This document shows positions 62,536 to 64,000 of a stretch of 64,000 nucleotides of DNA, one piece after another (the stretch's first letter is position 1; each line of letters opens with the position of its first letter). Under the pieces are notes generated by a model. The model worked only from the letters and a program-made list of their open reading frames with translations, was not told where the DNA came from and searched no databases. This DNA is from Raja brachyura (taxonomy: Eukaryota): contig OY740813.1 of NCBI GenBank assembly GCA_963514005.1, positions 17,174,001 through 17,238,000 of the forward strand, read 5' to 3'. Both the position numbers and the translations under genes were made by a program.

Positions 62536-64000
62536 CCCTGTGTTTGCCTGTCACACTGTCACAAACCGATGCAACCTGTGACTTATACCAAACGTCCAAG
62601 GTGCAACAAGGAGCCTGCCAAGCCACTTTGTTGCATTAACATCTATTTAGAGGGACCATCTGCTCACATTGACCAGGCAGCTGTCAAACTGCTGGCAAGT
62701 AGCTCAGGCACCTCCAGAACTTCATGAGCGTGTAAATTAACATGACTACATGTCTTTCAGCATGCAACCTCTAATGTATTCAGTCAATGGGTGCCTCAGA
62801 ACCTCCTGTAAGAACTCAGACATAGACTTTTCTCAGCACTTTTCCATTCTCAATGACTCTAAAATAAGAATTTAGCATAATATAGGAATGTGGCAACAGT
62901 GATGGATGATCTTAAACTAATGCCATTGCAGCCTTAATGCCCCAGTGAGGGTAGCTATATCTGAAGAAGGATCTCAACCCGGAAATTCACCCATTCCTTC
63001 TCTCCAGAGAAGCTGCCTGTCCCGCTGAGTTACTCCAGCATTTTGTGTTTAACCCAGCATCTGCAGTTCTTTCCTACCTATATCTGATGTTACTTGTACA
63101 TCTTTGGCCAGCTGGCATCACAGCACGGGTTCATTGGCCTCCAGGTATCTATGGCTCAAATTCACAGGATACTGGGCTTGGACTTAACAAAGTAAATAAT
63201 GTGCCCGCAGTGTGCTTGGTTGGAATTAGTGCTCAATTTTCAGGTTCTAGCTGTTATTTAACATGATTGACAGTATTGATTATAGCACTAAGTCTATGAC
63301 CCGTTTCTGAACAAGTTGAAAGTTTGCACTTCCATTACATATTGCTGAAACAACATCACATCCAGTGCAGATATTTGCTGTGTGAGTTACTTCTGGACCT
63401 CCTGAAGGTTCACCGTTGGTGGTTCGGATAAGACAGAAACTAACTTTCACAAAACTTGCTCAAAAAGGAAAAAAAACAAAATGTGAATATTTCTAAAGCT
63501 GCAGAATGGAATGTGATGCAGCCCACTTGCTCTTACAATCCTTTTAATAATTCACCTGTGAAATGCATGCAAATAATCTAAATGAACTGGAAAATTAACA
63601 GGAAACCCTTTAATTTGGATTGGTAATTTGCTACAAAATCAACCAAAATATAGCACAGCTGATCACAGAGATTGACACGATGAAACAGAGGGGTGGAAGC
63701 GAATTCTCTCTTTCGTTTATTCTTTGGCAGACCACCAACTTTTAATTAGACACAAAGCTCGGCGGGACAGGCAGCATCTCTGGAGAGAAGGAATGGGTGA
63801 CGTTTTGGGTCGAGACCTTTCTTCAAACACAGTCTATCTTCGGTTTAAACCAGCATCTGCAGTTCCTTCATACACCAACCTTTAATTCATGTTTTCACAG
63901 GTGTGTGGCCATTACTTGTTCAAAAGTATTTCAGGTCAATCCCAAGGTTGTGTGAGATGCTGTATAAAACCAGCTCCATCTTTCAAGGATGAATAGAATT

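Overview
Gene-poor, repeat-dense vertebrate DNA. The HE1-type tRNA-derived SINEs, CR1 LINE tails and Penelope-derived repeats point to a cartilaginous fish, probably a skate or ray (inference). I found no host protein-coding exon I can support, so this is probably a gene desert or large intron, and several TAAT-rich unique stretches look like conserved non-coding elements. Main content: (1) two divergent, decayed DIRS-type tyrosine-recombinase retrotransposons, head-to-head at 18196-23038 (-) and 37022-40743 (+), both integrated through an ATT core; (2) a 432-bp MITE with 20-bp TIRs and an 8-bp TSD that contains a 17-bp TIR-remnant footprint, as expected from P-element-type excision; (3) PIF/Harbinger-like foldback MITEs nested in SINEs, plus tiny hAT MITEs; (4) non-autonomous retroposons carrying candidate self-cleaving ribozymes (HDV-like folds at the 5' ends of an Ingi/Vingi-like and an RTE-derived mini-element, minimal hammerheads in Penelope repeats); (5) an SVA-like retroposon with a GC-rich VNTR core. 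All calls were made by eye. Boundaries backed by TSDs or TIRs are base-level, and the others are approximate.
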